Part shown: positions 26,167-34,835 of the stretch, piece after piece
How the letters are laid out: the number at the start of each line of letters is the position of its first letter
How positions within the stretch are numbered: position 1 is the stretch's first letter
Virus record (IMG/VR): IMGVR_UViG_3300031839_001922
From: an uncultured virus (IMG/VR IMGVR_UViG_3300031839_001922)
Lineage: Duplodnaviria > Heunggongvirae > Uroviricota > Caudoviricetes
Reading direction: 5' to 3' (one strand)
Length of the DNA: 64,000 nucleotides
Notes under the pieces: generated by a model
Database searches by the model: none
What the model saw: the letters and a program-made list of their open reading frames with translations, nothing else
What the model was told of the DNA's origin: nothing
Program-made: the position numbers and the translations under genes

Positions 26167-29100
26167 TTACGGGTTAGCGGCGCCGAGTGGTGACGGGTTG
26201 AAATACACCAATACATCGCCGCCATCGTCATCGATCGCATGGCCGACAGCGCGGACAAACTCGCCACTTGAACTAGGTGGCGTAAAGTCAAAATGGCCGG
26301 CTGTGGTGGAAACATAAACGGGCAGTCCGTCGACAGCACCTGAGCCTGGCACATTAAGTATTTCTGTCGAAGGAATGCGCACAAAGCCGCGCAATAAGAC
26401 GCCAACTTGTTGCGAACTACCTGCGAAACCTACTGCCAAAAGCTGGTTTCCGCCAGTAGACATCGCGCTGCCGTCAGCCTGATCCCACGTGCCATCTGTG
26501 TGGAGAAAGTAAATTTGCCCTGCTGTTAAAGTGTCATTCGCTCCCGGGGAGTAAATTAGTCTTTCGCCGCCGCCTTCGCCGTCTGAAAGTTGATTTTCAA
26601 AAGTGACCAATTGATAATTGCTGGTCGTAGAGAACACAACTTTAGGATCAAAATCGTTTACACCAACCCTGCCGTTAAGTTTTGTGATTGTCGACCCATT
26701 TCCAAAACCGCCAATATCAATAGTCGAGCCAGACAGGACCATTCCAGCTGAAGACCCTGAAATTACTAGCAGGTTATCGCCATTTTCATTATATTCTATG
26801 TGCGATTCTTCGCTGTCTCCAAAATATAGCTTCTGGTCGTCTGGAATCAAACCCCCTACGGAAGATGTAAAGTTTGTGTTAAGTGTTAACCCAGTGGTTG
26901 TTGTTAAAACGAAAGGATCTGTGTCTGCAAAACTCCCGAAACCAGATTTTATATGGAAAGTTTCATTCGAGCCCATGTTTCCGACTGACCACTTTGAACT
27001 ACCGTTGCTCATGAAAGTAAACTGTGTGTCGCCGTTGGCCGTGGTGTTGTCAATGTTGACTCTGCAATAGTCTGAATCGCCTGATTTAAATGTCGCAATC
27101 AGGCCATTCGTTGTGTTTGCCGCGGAGGCGTTTACAACAAGGATGCCAGAGGCTTTCGAGGCTGAATTGTCCTCGCCGATACCCAACTTTTCAGGTATGC
27201 GGACAAAATTGCCGGAAAGCACAGTGCCATTTGGCGAAGAACCGGAAATAACCAAAAATCCATCGCCTTCTTCGTTGTGGAATATTCTTGCTTTCGCTGA
27301 GCCCGATGTGGCGAAGCCTAGGCCTGAATTCCCGCCGCCGACAGCGTTAATTGCTGGGCCGCGAGTTACTCCTGACGGAACTAGATATAAAAATTGATTA
27401 CCAGACTGATCGCTAAACTGGCCAGTGTTGTTGTGCTTCATATTAATCTTGAATTCAACACTGCCGCTAAGCTGGCCTGAAAGCGAGCCGGTAATATCTA
27501 AATCGTCGTGCACATTAAAAGTTGTGCCGTCATAAGTCAAGCTAGCTTCTGCTGTAGCGGTACCGTCTCCGTCTGACGTCAAAAGCCTGTTGTTGCCATC
27601 ACTAGCTATAACTTCTGAAAGGTTGACTTTCAGCTGACTGCTGGCGACATCGAGTCCATCTCCAGATATTGCAGTTAGCAAGTCTCCTATTGCATCTTGC
27701 TTTGTACTGCCATCGGAATCTAAAAATATAAATGAATCTAATTTGTCAACTGCGCCGACAGGAATGTCAGTACCAGTTATGGGCGTCAAAATTACTTTGC
27801 CCGTGTAGTCAACAGCCAACAAGCTTCCAGGGCCGGCCATAGAGCCACTTCCCACTGTAGTCGAATCTAATACAATCTTTGAACCAGATAGCACCATGCC
27901 TGTTTTGGACCCTGAAATAACAAGCAGGTTGTCAGCAGTTTCTCTATATTTTATGAAAGCGTCGTTTTGAGTTCCAAAGTAAAGAGGGAGATCATCATTT
28001 ATTCTTGCGTCATCATTAATAACAAATGTTGTGCCGTTGTATGTTAAATTGGCTTCCCCATCTAAATCAGTTGTTGTTGAACCTAAAGTTACCAGACGAC
28101 TTTCAGCTTGGTTGTTAATCGCAGTTACTGTACCCACAGAAGAAGTTAAAACAACTTGTCCAGTAGAGTTAACTGCCAAGAAGCTTCCTAAGCCCGCGAT
28201 AGAACCAGACGCGACGGTGCCAGAATCTAACACTAATTTTGATCCAGACAAAACCATGCCGGTAGCGGAGCCAGAAATAATCAAAAGATTGTCACCATTT
28301 TCATTATATTCTATGTGTGCATCTGGCAATTGTCCAAAATAAAGCTTTTTGTCATCGTCCAGTTTAATATTTCCACTAAACTGCAGATCGTTTGCGTCAA
28401 TTGTCGCAATGTCTGACCCGCCAACTTCTATTTTAAGGATGTTGTCGGCTGACGCGCGTATGGAAGTCGTGGCAGCACCATCAAAATCGATACGGCCCTG
28501 GCCGTTGAGATCTATGTCATCGACATAAAGCTTTCGCCACGCATGTGTTCCATTGCGCCCGAGATCATGGGCGCTGTCAGCAGCTGGCAACACTCCGTTT
28601 AAAGAAGAGCTTAAGACAATATATTGACCAGCAGTCCCAATTGTCAGGCCGGAAGTGTTGTTTGCTGTTATTGTAGATACATCATTGGCGTCATCGCCCT
28701 GGTCAGCGTTCATGGTTATGACTACCGCGCCAGCCTCTCCGCCTGTTAATGTTATGCCAGAACCGCTCGCTTGTAGTGTGCCGGTAAGCAACAAGTTGTT
28801 ATTATTGTAGTCAAATGTGAGATTTTCGCTTCCGCTCAAAACAGAGCCGGAAGAAAATACTAGATGTTTGTTGTTGGCAGATCCCATGTGGAAAGACGAA
28901 GAGCTAAGGTCGCCGACCACTATCGAAGCAATTGTGTCTTCAAAAGCCAGCCTTTGCCAAGTACCAGATCCACCGCCGGCAGATGCGGAATAAATGCACC
29001 AGTCATTTACACTCCAGCTAGAGTGTCCGTCGATATTGATTGACCCAGCGCCGGTGACCTGCCAGTAATCACCTGCAGATGCCGTAAGATTTGTTGGTGT

Positions 29101-29250
29101 TCCGTGGGCGCCGCTAACGAGCAGACCTGTATATGCACCTGCTGGGGCGCCAGGGAGGCCTGATCCGGAACCAGCGTTTGTGCTAGCATTCCAGTACCCC
29201 TGAAATCTTGCGGCGCCTAAATACGCTATGCTCCCCGATGCTGTTGGCAT
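26167..29250 (-). CDS. fibre protein (head or tail fibre), 1027 aa, with internal repeats
   Basis: Gly/Ser/Thr-rich; repeats of DD.KLYFG...IEYNENGDNLL.ISGS..GMVLSGS; C-terminal G.PVYVS...PPS.SG..VR.VG domain typical of phage fibres. Confidence 0.75.
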   Translation of the reverse strand: MPTASGSIAYLGAARFQGYWNASTNAGSGSGLPGAPAGAYTGLLVSGAHGTPTNLTASAGDYWQVTGAGSINIDGHSSWSVNDWCIYSASAGGGSGTWQRLAFEDTIASIVVGDLSSSSFHMGSANNKHLVFSSGSVLSGSENLTFDYNNNNLLLTGTLQASGSGITLTGGEAGAVVITMNADQGDDANDVSTITANNTSGLTIGTAGQYIVLSSSLNGVLPAADSAHDLGRNGTHAWRKLYVDDIDLNGQGRIDFDGAATTSIRASADNILKIEVGGSDIATIDANDLQFSGNIKLDDDKKLYFGQLPDAHIEYNENGDNLLIISGSATGMVLSGSKLVLDSGTVASGSIAGLGSFLAVNSTGQVVLTSSVGTVTAINNQAESRLVTLGSTTTDLDGEANLTYNGTTFVINDDARINDDLPLYFGTQNDAFIKYRETADNLLVISGSKTGMVLSGSKIVLDSTTVGSGSMAGPGSLLAVDYTGKVILTPITGTDIPVGAVDKLDSFIFLDSDGSTKQDAIGDLLTAISGDGLDVASSQLKVNLSEVIASDGNNRLLTSDGDGTATAEASLTYDGTTFNVHDDLDITGSLSGQLSGSVEFKINMKHNNTGQFSDQSGNQFLYLVPSGVTRGPAINAVGGGNSGLGFATSGSAKARIFHNEEGDGFLVISGSSPNGTVLSGNFVRIPEKLGIGEDNSASKASGILVVNASAANTTNGLIATFKSGDSDYCRVNIDNTTANGDTQFTFMSNGSSKWSVGNMGSNETFHIKSGFGSFADTDPFVLTTTTGLTLNTNFTSSVGGLIPDDQKLYFGDSEESHIEYNENGDNLLVISGSSAGMVLSGSTIDIGGFGNGSTITKLNGRVGVNDFDPKVVFSTTSNYQLVTFENQLSDGEGGGERLIYSPGANDTLTAGQIYFLHTDGTWDQADGSAMSTGGNQLLAVGFAGSSQQVGVLLRGFVRIPSTEILNVPGSGAVDGLPVYVSTTAGHFDFTPPSSSGEFVRAVGHAIDDDGGDVLVYFNPSPLGAANP

Positions 29251-29265
29251 TCATAAACTCCTGTG

Positions 29266-29724
29266 TTAAAAAGTGCTACACGCCGCATAAACATTAGATT
29301 CATCATCATCGCCAACAAAAGCGACCCGGTCGACGCCAGCAATTTCATAAACTCTATATTCACGATCGCTTGGCACCTGGGCCGACTCGGCGCGACCCGA
29401 GTTAGCGGCGGAGACGGCCGTCGCGGTTGGGGCCGAATTTGCACCTACAGGATCAAAACTTTGTGGAATTTCAAACCACTTTTCAAAAGCATGACAATAA
29501 CCAAAAACGTTTATGTTTCCAGGAGTGCCAGACCCGTTTGCGTCCGTCACAAGAAGATGCAAAAACCTTTGATTTTCTGTGGCGTATCCTACTAGTTTGT
29601 AACCAGCGTTGCTTGAACGTAAGTTGTCGGTGTTTGCCTCTAGGGTCACCACGGTGCCGGGATCGCCAGCTATGTTTTTGGGGCTTCTTGTTCGTCCCCA
29701 ACTATTATGCCTGTGTACAGCCAT
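29266..29724 (-). CDS. hypothetical protein, probably virion-associated
   Basis: AGGAG SD; abuts the bS21 stop codon; inside the head cluster. Confidence 0.7.
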   Translation of the reverse strand: MAVHRHNSWGRTRSPKNIAGDPGTVVTLEANTDNLRSSNAGYKLVGYATENQRFLHLLVTDANGSGTPGNINVFGYCHAFEKWFEIPQSFDPVGANSAPTATAVSAANSGRAESAQVPSDREYRVYEIAGVDRVAFVGDDDESNVYAACSTF

Positions 29725-29976
29725 TTATCTTCTCCTGCTTTTTTTGTTTTTGGTATCTAAAGCCTTATTCCTGTTCGCCTCGGCTTTTTGTGCATTCTTT
29801 AGCTTCTTTATTTTTTCTCTTCTTCTTTTTGTAGAGGCTTTTGTAAAGAATCTTTTATCTAAATAGTCTTCTATAATTCTTTCTTTTTTGCATTTTTTAG
29901 TGAACTTTCGTATTAGTTTGTTGACGTCACCTTTGGTTTGTTTTATATGAACCTCGACGTTATAAGCTTTAGACAT
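29725..29976 (-). CDS. rpsU: ribosomal protein bS21 homologue
   Basis: V.V......DVNKLIRKFTKKCKKERIIEDYLDKRFFTKASTKRRREK matches the bS21 pattern (ALRRFKR...G...E.R.R..YEKPS..R..K). Confidence 0.8.
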   Translation of the reverse strand: MSKAYNVEVHIKQTKGDVNKLIRKFTKKCKKERIIEDYLDKRFFTKASTKRRREKIKKLKNAQKAEANRNKALDTKNKKSRRR

Positions 29977-30361
29977 CATCCCCTCCAGCTAGCTTTTTCC
30001 ATTTTCCCTTGGCGATCGCCTGAATTGCTGTTATGTCAACGCCAGCATCAGTGGGGGCAACCCCAGCCAAAGGGCCAGCCTGATTTGTTTCTGGTATATG
30101 CTGTACACCCTCAAAAACATTGACATTTTTTAATTTAGTCGACTCGTTCAGCTTTTTAATTCTCTGCTGCCTTTGGCGCTCATATTGCTCTTCTGATAAG
30201 CGCGCGTCATTCGGCTGTGTCTTGTTCTCTACTAGGGGTGCTTGCAAGCCGGTTGCGACTTCAGAAACAATTTTTGATAGCACGCCTTCTTGTAGTAGGA
30301 CCTCTTTTACAGTCTGCTCTATTAAAGGCTTTAGTATCTTTTTAAATTCACTAACTTTCAT
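29969..30361 (-). CDS. hypothetical protein (130 aa), head cluster
   Basis: Clean ORF abutting the protease and bS21 genes. Confidence 0.75.
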   Translation of the reverse strand: MKVSEFKKILKPLIEQTVKEVLLQEGVLSKIVSEVATGLQAPLVENKTQPNDARLSEEQYERQRQQRIKKLNESTKLKNVNVFEGVQHIPETNQAGPLAGVAPTDAGVDITAIQAIAKGKWKKLAGGDDV

Positions 30362-30362
30362 T

Positions 30363-31010
30363 TTAATCTCTCAGTATTGAATCAATTAAAGAATCAATTT
30401 TATTATCTTTTCCTTCGGAAATATATTTGTTAATCGTCTCGCCTACACCGACAGAGACTCCGACAGACACTCCGGCTCCTCGCTGGGGCGACAAAAAGGC
30501 ATTCGGCGTTGAAGGTTCTGAAACCATGTCAAAACAAATCAGCTGGAAGTCGTCTTCAACAATAGTATTACCTTTTTCTTGTTTTACAGAACCCATCCCA
30601 CGAGAAGAAATGCCAAGCTTAATCCCAGATTTGACCAGTTCTTTAAGAATTTTGCCCGAGGGTGTGTCTAAAACTTCTATTTTACCCATAACGTTATCTC
30701 CGTCCCACCACATTTTTGTTACTAAATGCGACGCGTTCTTAAGATTTATTACACTATCGTCTGGATGGTCTAGCTCACCAAGAGAGCGGCGCTCTTTAAT
30801 TGCTTTCTGGTAGTTTTCGACTTCCCTTTGTAGGGTTTCCTTGCGATATATCCTGCCGTTGCCGTTTTTTGTGCCGGCTTTTTGACAAATACCAACGAGA
30901 TAAACAGCGCCGTTAGAAATGTTTCTCTTTTCGGCTTCAGTTAATCGCTCCACAGGACAACGACCCTCTGGACAAAGCTCAAAATATTCTCTAAGAAGGT
31001 CTTTTGACAT
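30363..31010 (-). CDS. prohead protease (T4 gp21-like)
   Basis: NGNGRIY, LGELDHP, ASH, LDTPSG, GISSRGMGS, FDMVSEPS. Confidence 0.95.
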   Translation of the reverse strand: MSKDLLREYFELCPEGRCPVERLTEAEKRNISNGAVYLVGICQKAGTKNGNGRIYRKETLQREVENYQKAIKERRSLGELDHPDDSVINLKNASHLVTKMWWDGDNVMGKIEVLDTPSGKILKELVKSGIKLGISSRGMGSVKQEKGNTIVEDDFQLICFDMVSEPSTPNAFLSPQRGAGVSVGVSVGVGETINKYISEGKDNKIDSLIDSILRD

Positions 31011-31116
31011 TTTTCTTCCTCACAACTCCATAGCCGTTATATTGGTTCGCTGCTCTTTTAGGATTTTTCATTCCCCAAACATACGAAGACGGACTATTTT
31101 TAGTTTTTGGTTTCAT
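30991..31116 (-). CDS. 41-aa basic micro-protein (absent from the ORF track)
   Basis: MKPKTKNSPSSYVWGMKNPKRAANQYNGYGVVRKKNVKRPS; GGAGA SD; stop overlaps the protease start region. Confidence 0.55.
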   Translation of the reverse strand: MKPKTKNSPSSYVWGMKNPKRAANQYNGYGVVRKKNVKRPS

Positions 31117-31132
31117 GTTTTCTCCAAAACTT

Positions 31133-31153
31133 AAGCGAGGCTCACCCTCGCTT
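31133..31153 (-). terminator. stem-loop AAGCGAGG-GTGAG-CCTCGCTT (possible weak terminator or processing site)
   Basis: Perfect 8-bp stem; short, displaced T tail (AAGTTTT). Confidence 0.5.
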
Positions 31154-31207
31154 GTTTTTGCTACCATTACAGCAACGTCTTACTTCTGGAATGTTACAGC
31201 GTCTCAT
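31142..31207 (-). CDS. 21-aa Cys/Arg-rich micro-peptide (absent from the ORF track)
   Basis: MRRCNIPEVRRCCNGSKNKRG; GAGGAGGTG SD 7 nt before ATG; overlaps the stop of the upstream membrane gene. Confidence 0.55.
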   Translation of the reverse strand: MRRCNIPEVRRCCNGSKNKRG

Positions 31208-31520
31208 TTTTCATCACCTCCTCGTGAGTTTTTTTAATTTTTAAGCCAAAGTCGTCCAAAACAGAGCTTATAAAGTAACTAGTCCCAGCCGACAGGCTGC
31301 CCAAAAGCAAACCATTTATTAAATTGTAGCTAAATGTAAATAGTTCCGTTTGTGAGTTGATACTCCACAAAAATACGCCGACCCAAAACCCCGTGCAAAG
31401 GGGGCACTTAAATAGTTCGCCCAGCTTGCCTTTTTTAGGGCGCACAGAATTGAATATAGAGCCATATATCAAGATATATGTCATTCCATAGGCACATAAG
31501 ATAAAATATAATAAGCCCAC
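31194..31520 (-). CDS. small membrane protein with CxxC (DUF1360-like)
   Basis: Hydrophobic helices; GELFKCPLCTGFWVG motif. Confidence 0.7.
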   Translation of the reverse strand: MGLLYFILCAYGMTYILIYGSIFNSVRPKKGKLGELFKCPLCTGFWVGVFLWSINSQTELFTFSYNLINGLLLGSLSAGTSYFISSVLDDFGLKIKKTHEEVMKNETL

Positions 31521-31527
31521 ATATCAC

Positions 31528-32058
31528 CTATAATCTGTAAATGCTGTGAATGCCGTACTTAACCATTCTCGGCGGAAGAGTGCCCTTGACCGCAGCGTGG
31601 CGTGTTGGATCAAATTCTGTATACTCGTCAATTTCTGGTTCAAGCAGGTGCTCTTCCATGTCTTTCTTGTATTGCTCCATATTTTCATAGTATGGAATTT
31701 CGTCTTCAATAAATTTTGACAAGACATAAAGACAGTATTGTATCTTATCTCCATCGCCGGTAGGCTCGGGGATTGTTGCCTCTTTCGTCATAAATAAATT
31801 TCCGTCTTGCACAGATTCGTAATCAACTACGCCTTTATTAACCAAAAAGTTAAACAATCTTTTTTGTGTATCGTATAGCTCATCATCTATTTCATTTTTT
31901 GGAAGAGATACAATCTTGCTCTTTGTTGGGTTGATCATGATGTTTGTGTCTGGGTGGTCAAAAATTAAAATGTTGCCATCAATTGTTTTTCTGGCGTTCA
32001 TCAAGATTTTTTCGATGTTCTCGCCAGTTTCTGAAACGATGTTAATTTTAATTGCCAT
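31528..32058 (-). CDS. hypothetical protein (176 aa)
   Basis: Clean ORF in the head operon. Confidence 0.75.
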   Translation of the reverse strand: MAIKINIVSETGENIEKILMNARKTIDGNILIFDHPDTNIMINPTKSKIVSLPKNEIDDELYDTQKRLFNFLVNKGVVDYESVQDGNLFMTKEATIPEPTGDGDKIQYCLYVLSKFIEDEIPYYENMEQYKKDMEEHLLEPEIDEYTEFDPTRHAAVKGTLPPRMVKYGIHSIYRL

Positions 32059-32857
32059 TATCTAATTCATCCACCAAAGACTGTATCTTAATTATCTCTG
32101 AGATGGCCTTTCTATCAATTTTTTTGTTTTGGTACTGCTCAACCTTTTCCAAAACTAGTTCTAATTTTGCTGGATGTTCAGCCGATTCTAGCTTTTCGGC
32201 TAATTTATCTTTTAGACGTGATAGCTCTTCGTACAGAAACGCTGAAAATTCCAAGCCTTCGTCTTTATAAGATGTTATATATTCTTTCAACAGCCTTTTT
32301 TGAGATTCGTTTAGGGACTCGGAATACTTTTCGTTAAATTTGCCAAGAAAAGTTTTTAATGCTAGCTTATTAACTGATGGGAATGGCTGCTTTTCTATTT
32401 TTTCCGGCTGCGTAAGCATAGAGATTAGCCTTTGCTCCACAAAAACTTGCTTTTTTGGGTTGTGCTTACCACTAACAACTTGGTTAACTGTAGCTAGCTT
32501 TTTGTAGTTAGAAACAAAATTATTCCAGACCTGAAGGCCCAGTGTTTTATTGATTTCGTTGATAATCTTTGTCTGCTCACTATACAGAGAGGCTTCGTCT
32601 TGTTGCTGTATCTGTCTTTTGGATTCATTGATTATTTTTTCCACCAATTCAGCAGGGGAGCCCTCCAAGGCATCAAATGACTTATAAACCTCAAGCTCTT
32701 CTTTTAGAGGGCAGCCCTTGTGAAAATATTTTCTTAAAATATTCATCGCTGCTTGTTTTCGATCAGGCTGGTCGTGCATGCTGGCTTTTGAAACCTCGCT
32801 AACCAGCACTTCAAATATAAATGCAGTGTTTCTCTTCTTATTATGCTTCAGCTTCAT
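32048..32857 (-). CDS. hypothetical helical protein downstream of the portal
   Basis: Overlaps the portal stop; begins MKLKHNKKRNTAFIFE. Confidence 0.8.
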   Translation of the reverse strand: MKLKHNKKRNTAFIFEVLVSEVSKASMHDQPDRKQAAMNILRKYFHKGCPLKEELEVYKSFDALEGSPAELVEKIINESKRQIQQQDEASLYSEQTKIINEINKTLGLQVWNNFVSNYKKLATVNQVVSGKHNPKKQVFVEQRLISMLTQPEKIEKQPFPSVNKLALKTFLGKFNEKYSESLNESQKRLLKEYITSYKDEGLEFSAFLYEELSRLKDKLAEKLESAEHPAKLELVLEKVEQYQNKKIDRKAISEIIKIQSLVDELDNGN

Positions 32858-34832
32858 CTTTTGTGGTCTCCAATTTATTTAATGAATCAATCAAATCCTT
32901 TACTTCTTTGCGCTCTCTTAACAACTCTTGTTCCTGCTCGTCATAGTAATTAGATGTTTGCTGTTCAGACATTCTGTATATAGATGAAACATCGTCTTTG
33001 CCAGGAAAAATAGACTTTGTAGAAGTTCCGATATATCTCTGGCCTCCTTGTGACAAGAAGGCCTGACTTGCGCCTTGACGACGATCAGATTGAACCTTTC
33101 TATAATACTTGTCCTTTGACCTGGCCGTGGTTGTTAACTTGTTGCCTAGGCTATCTCTCTTCTTGTCATCTTTCTTACCGGGTGGTGGTGGAGGCGTTTC
33201 TGCGGCGCCAGCATCAGGAGCCGGGGCCCCGGGGGTTGCTAAAAGTGGCCCGGTATCCTCCGGCGTCGGTTCCGGAGTCGGCTCTGGTGTTGGGGTGTCT
33301 GGGGTTGGTGCCGCAGCGTCGGTCGCGTCAGGCGTAAGTCCCGCTGCACCGCCGGCTCCGCCGGCAAGGGCCTCGCCGACTTGTTCGAGCAAGAAGGCAT
33401 GTTTCCTGTCGTAGAACATCTCTGACTGCATTCTCTGGAATTCTTCCTCGTTAACATTTAAGATGTTCTTGGAAACCCATCTTCTACTGAAGTAGTTGCT
33501 GTTCGTGGCTGCATCAGCAGCATCAAATCTAGACTTCCAATGTTCTAGCTCTTGTAGTTCTGCCAACCTAGACGGGTTATTTAAGGACAGCTTGAATGAA
33601 AGAAGGTCATTGCCCCTATAGCCTAGTGTAAACAGGTGAATAATTGTTATCTTCTCAAGCTCTGAAACAACAGACCGCTGAAGCCTCTGAATTGTTCGCG
33701 CAAATCTAATATCCTTTTGCGCCAATGTCGACTTGTCTTCGTCGTTACCGTCTCCACGAGATAGGTACGACATTGGGATCTTAAGCGCGCTGAACAGCTT
33801 GTCTCTTAAATACTTAACATCGTCAATATCACCAGTATACTGGCCTGATTTTACAGTATCAATTTTTGTACCGCTTGTTCCGCCGCGCACCGGTATGTAA
33901 TAGTCTTCTTCAACGCTAAATGGATTATAGCGGAGATCGACGCGTCCTGAATCGACATCAACAATTTGGTTTCTCTTCATTTGTGTCATGACTCTCTGCA
34001 TATATTGTTCAACGTCTTCTGGAGGAATTCCGCCAACATCAATATAAAACACGCGGCGATCTGGAGATCTAACAATGCGATATGCCATCACAGCGTCTTC
34101 AAGCAATGTCAGCTGCCGCCAAATTCTTCGGGCTCCGTCTAACACCGATGTACCATATGGGGCAAATTTGTCGTTGCCTAGTATTCTAAAGTGGCCCATT
34201 TGCCAATTTTCTAATGTCAAACCGGCTGTGTTCCATTGATATTGAATATAATTTGGGTTGTTTTTGTCTTCGCCCTCTAATCTTTCTATCTCGTTGGCGG
34301 GCAGGCCAATTGTATTCTTGATACCTTCGTCTTGCTCGATATCAAGATATAAAAAGAAATCACCATATTTGCACATTGAGCGGCACCAGCCATATAAATT
34401 AAACTGGATATTTAACACATTATAAAGCAACGTTTCGATTACGGATTTTATTTCCTGGTTTGTGCAAACGATATCTACGATAGGCCTATAGACTGAAAAA
34501 GTCGTCATCTCGTCTGCGTAGATGTCAAGTGCCGATGAGATTTCTGGCGTGTACTCCATTTGATCGAAATCAGCGTACCTATCCATTCTATTTTGGTTCT
34601 GGTAGTAGTCGGATCTTAACGAGCTGTATACGTCCTCATAAGCCGACATCTTGAATTCTTGGCCACTCGCTGATCTAAAGCGCGACTTGTACTTGTCGAG
34701 CTGTCTTTTTTTGAGTTGCCTCGTGTCTTGTCTTCTGTACTTTACAAGAGGGCCAGACAGAAGCTTTGTTAGTTGTTTGAACAGCCCACTATCTGGGTTT
34801 CTTACGTTCTTTCTATTTTTTGGTGGCGCCAT
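32841..34832 (-). CDS. portal protein (T4 gp20-like)
   Basis: QLTLLEDAVMAYRIVRSPDRRVFYIDVG, EEDYYIPVRGG, DIDDVKYLRDKLFSALKIP, DIRFARTIQRLQ. Confidence 0.97.
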   Translation of the reverse strand: MAPPKNRKNVRNPDSGLFKQLTKLLSGPLVKYRRQDTRQLKKRQLDKYKSRFRSASGQEFKMSAYEDVYSSLRSDYYQNQNRMDRYADFDQMEYTPEISSALDIYADEMTTFSVYRPIVDIVCTNQEIKSVIETLLYNVLNIQFNLYGWCRSMCKYGDFFLYLDIEQDEGIKNTIGLPANEIERLEGEDKNNPNYIQYQWNTAGLTLENWQMGHFRILGNDKFAPYGTSVLDGARRIWRQLTLLEDAVMAYRIVRSPDRRVFYIDVGGIPPEDVEQYMQRVMTQMKRNQIVDVDSGRVDLRYNPFSVEEDYYIPVRGGTSGTKIDTVKSGQYTGDIDDVKYLRDKLFSALKIPMSYLSRGDGNDEDKSTLAQKDIRFARTIQRLQRSVVSELEKITIIHLFTLGYRGNDLLSFKLSLNNPSRLAELQELEHWKSRFDAADAATNSNYFSRRWVSKNILNVNEEEFQRMQSEMFYDRKHAFLLEQVGEALAGGAGGAAGLTPDATDAAAPTPDTPTPEPTPEPTPEDTGPLLATPGAPAPDAGAAETPPPPPGKKDDKKRDSLGNKLTTTARSKDKYYRKVQSDRRQGASQAFLSQGGQRYIGTSTKSIFPGKDDVSSIYRMSEQQTSNYYDEQEQELLRERKEVKDLIDSLNKLETTKDEAEA

Positions 34833-34835
34833 GTT

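Noticed and set aside
31142..31144. Selenocysteine recoding of the TGA in the Cys-rich micro-ORF
   Set aside because: The TGA is inside the hairpin loop rather than upstream of a SECIS-like stem, and readthrough hits TAA after 13 codons.
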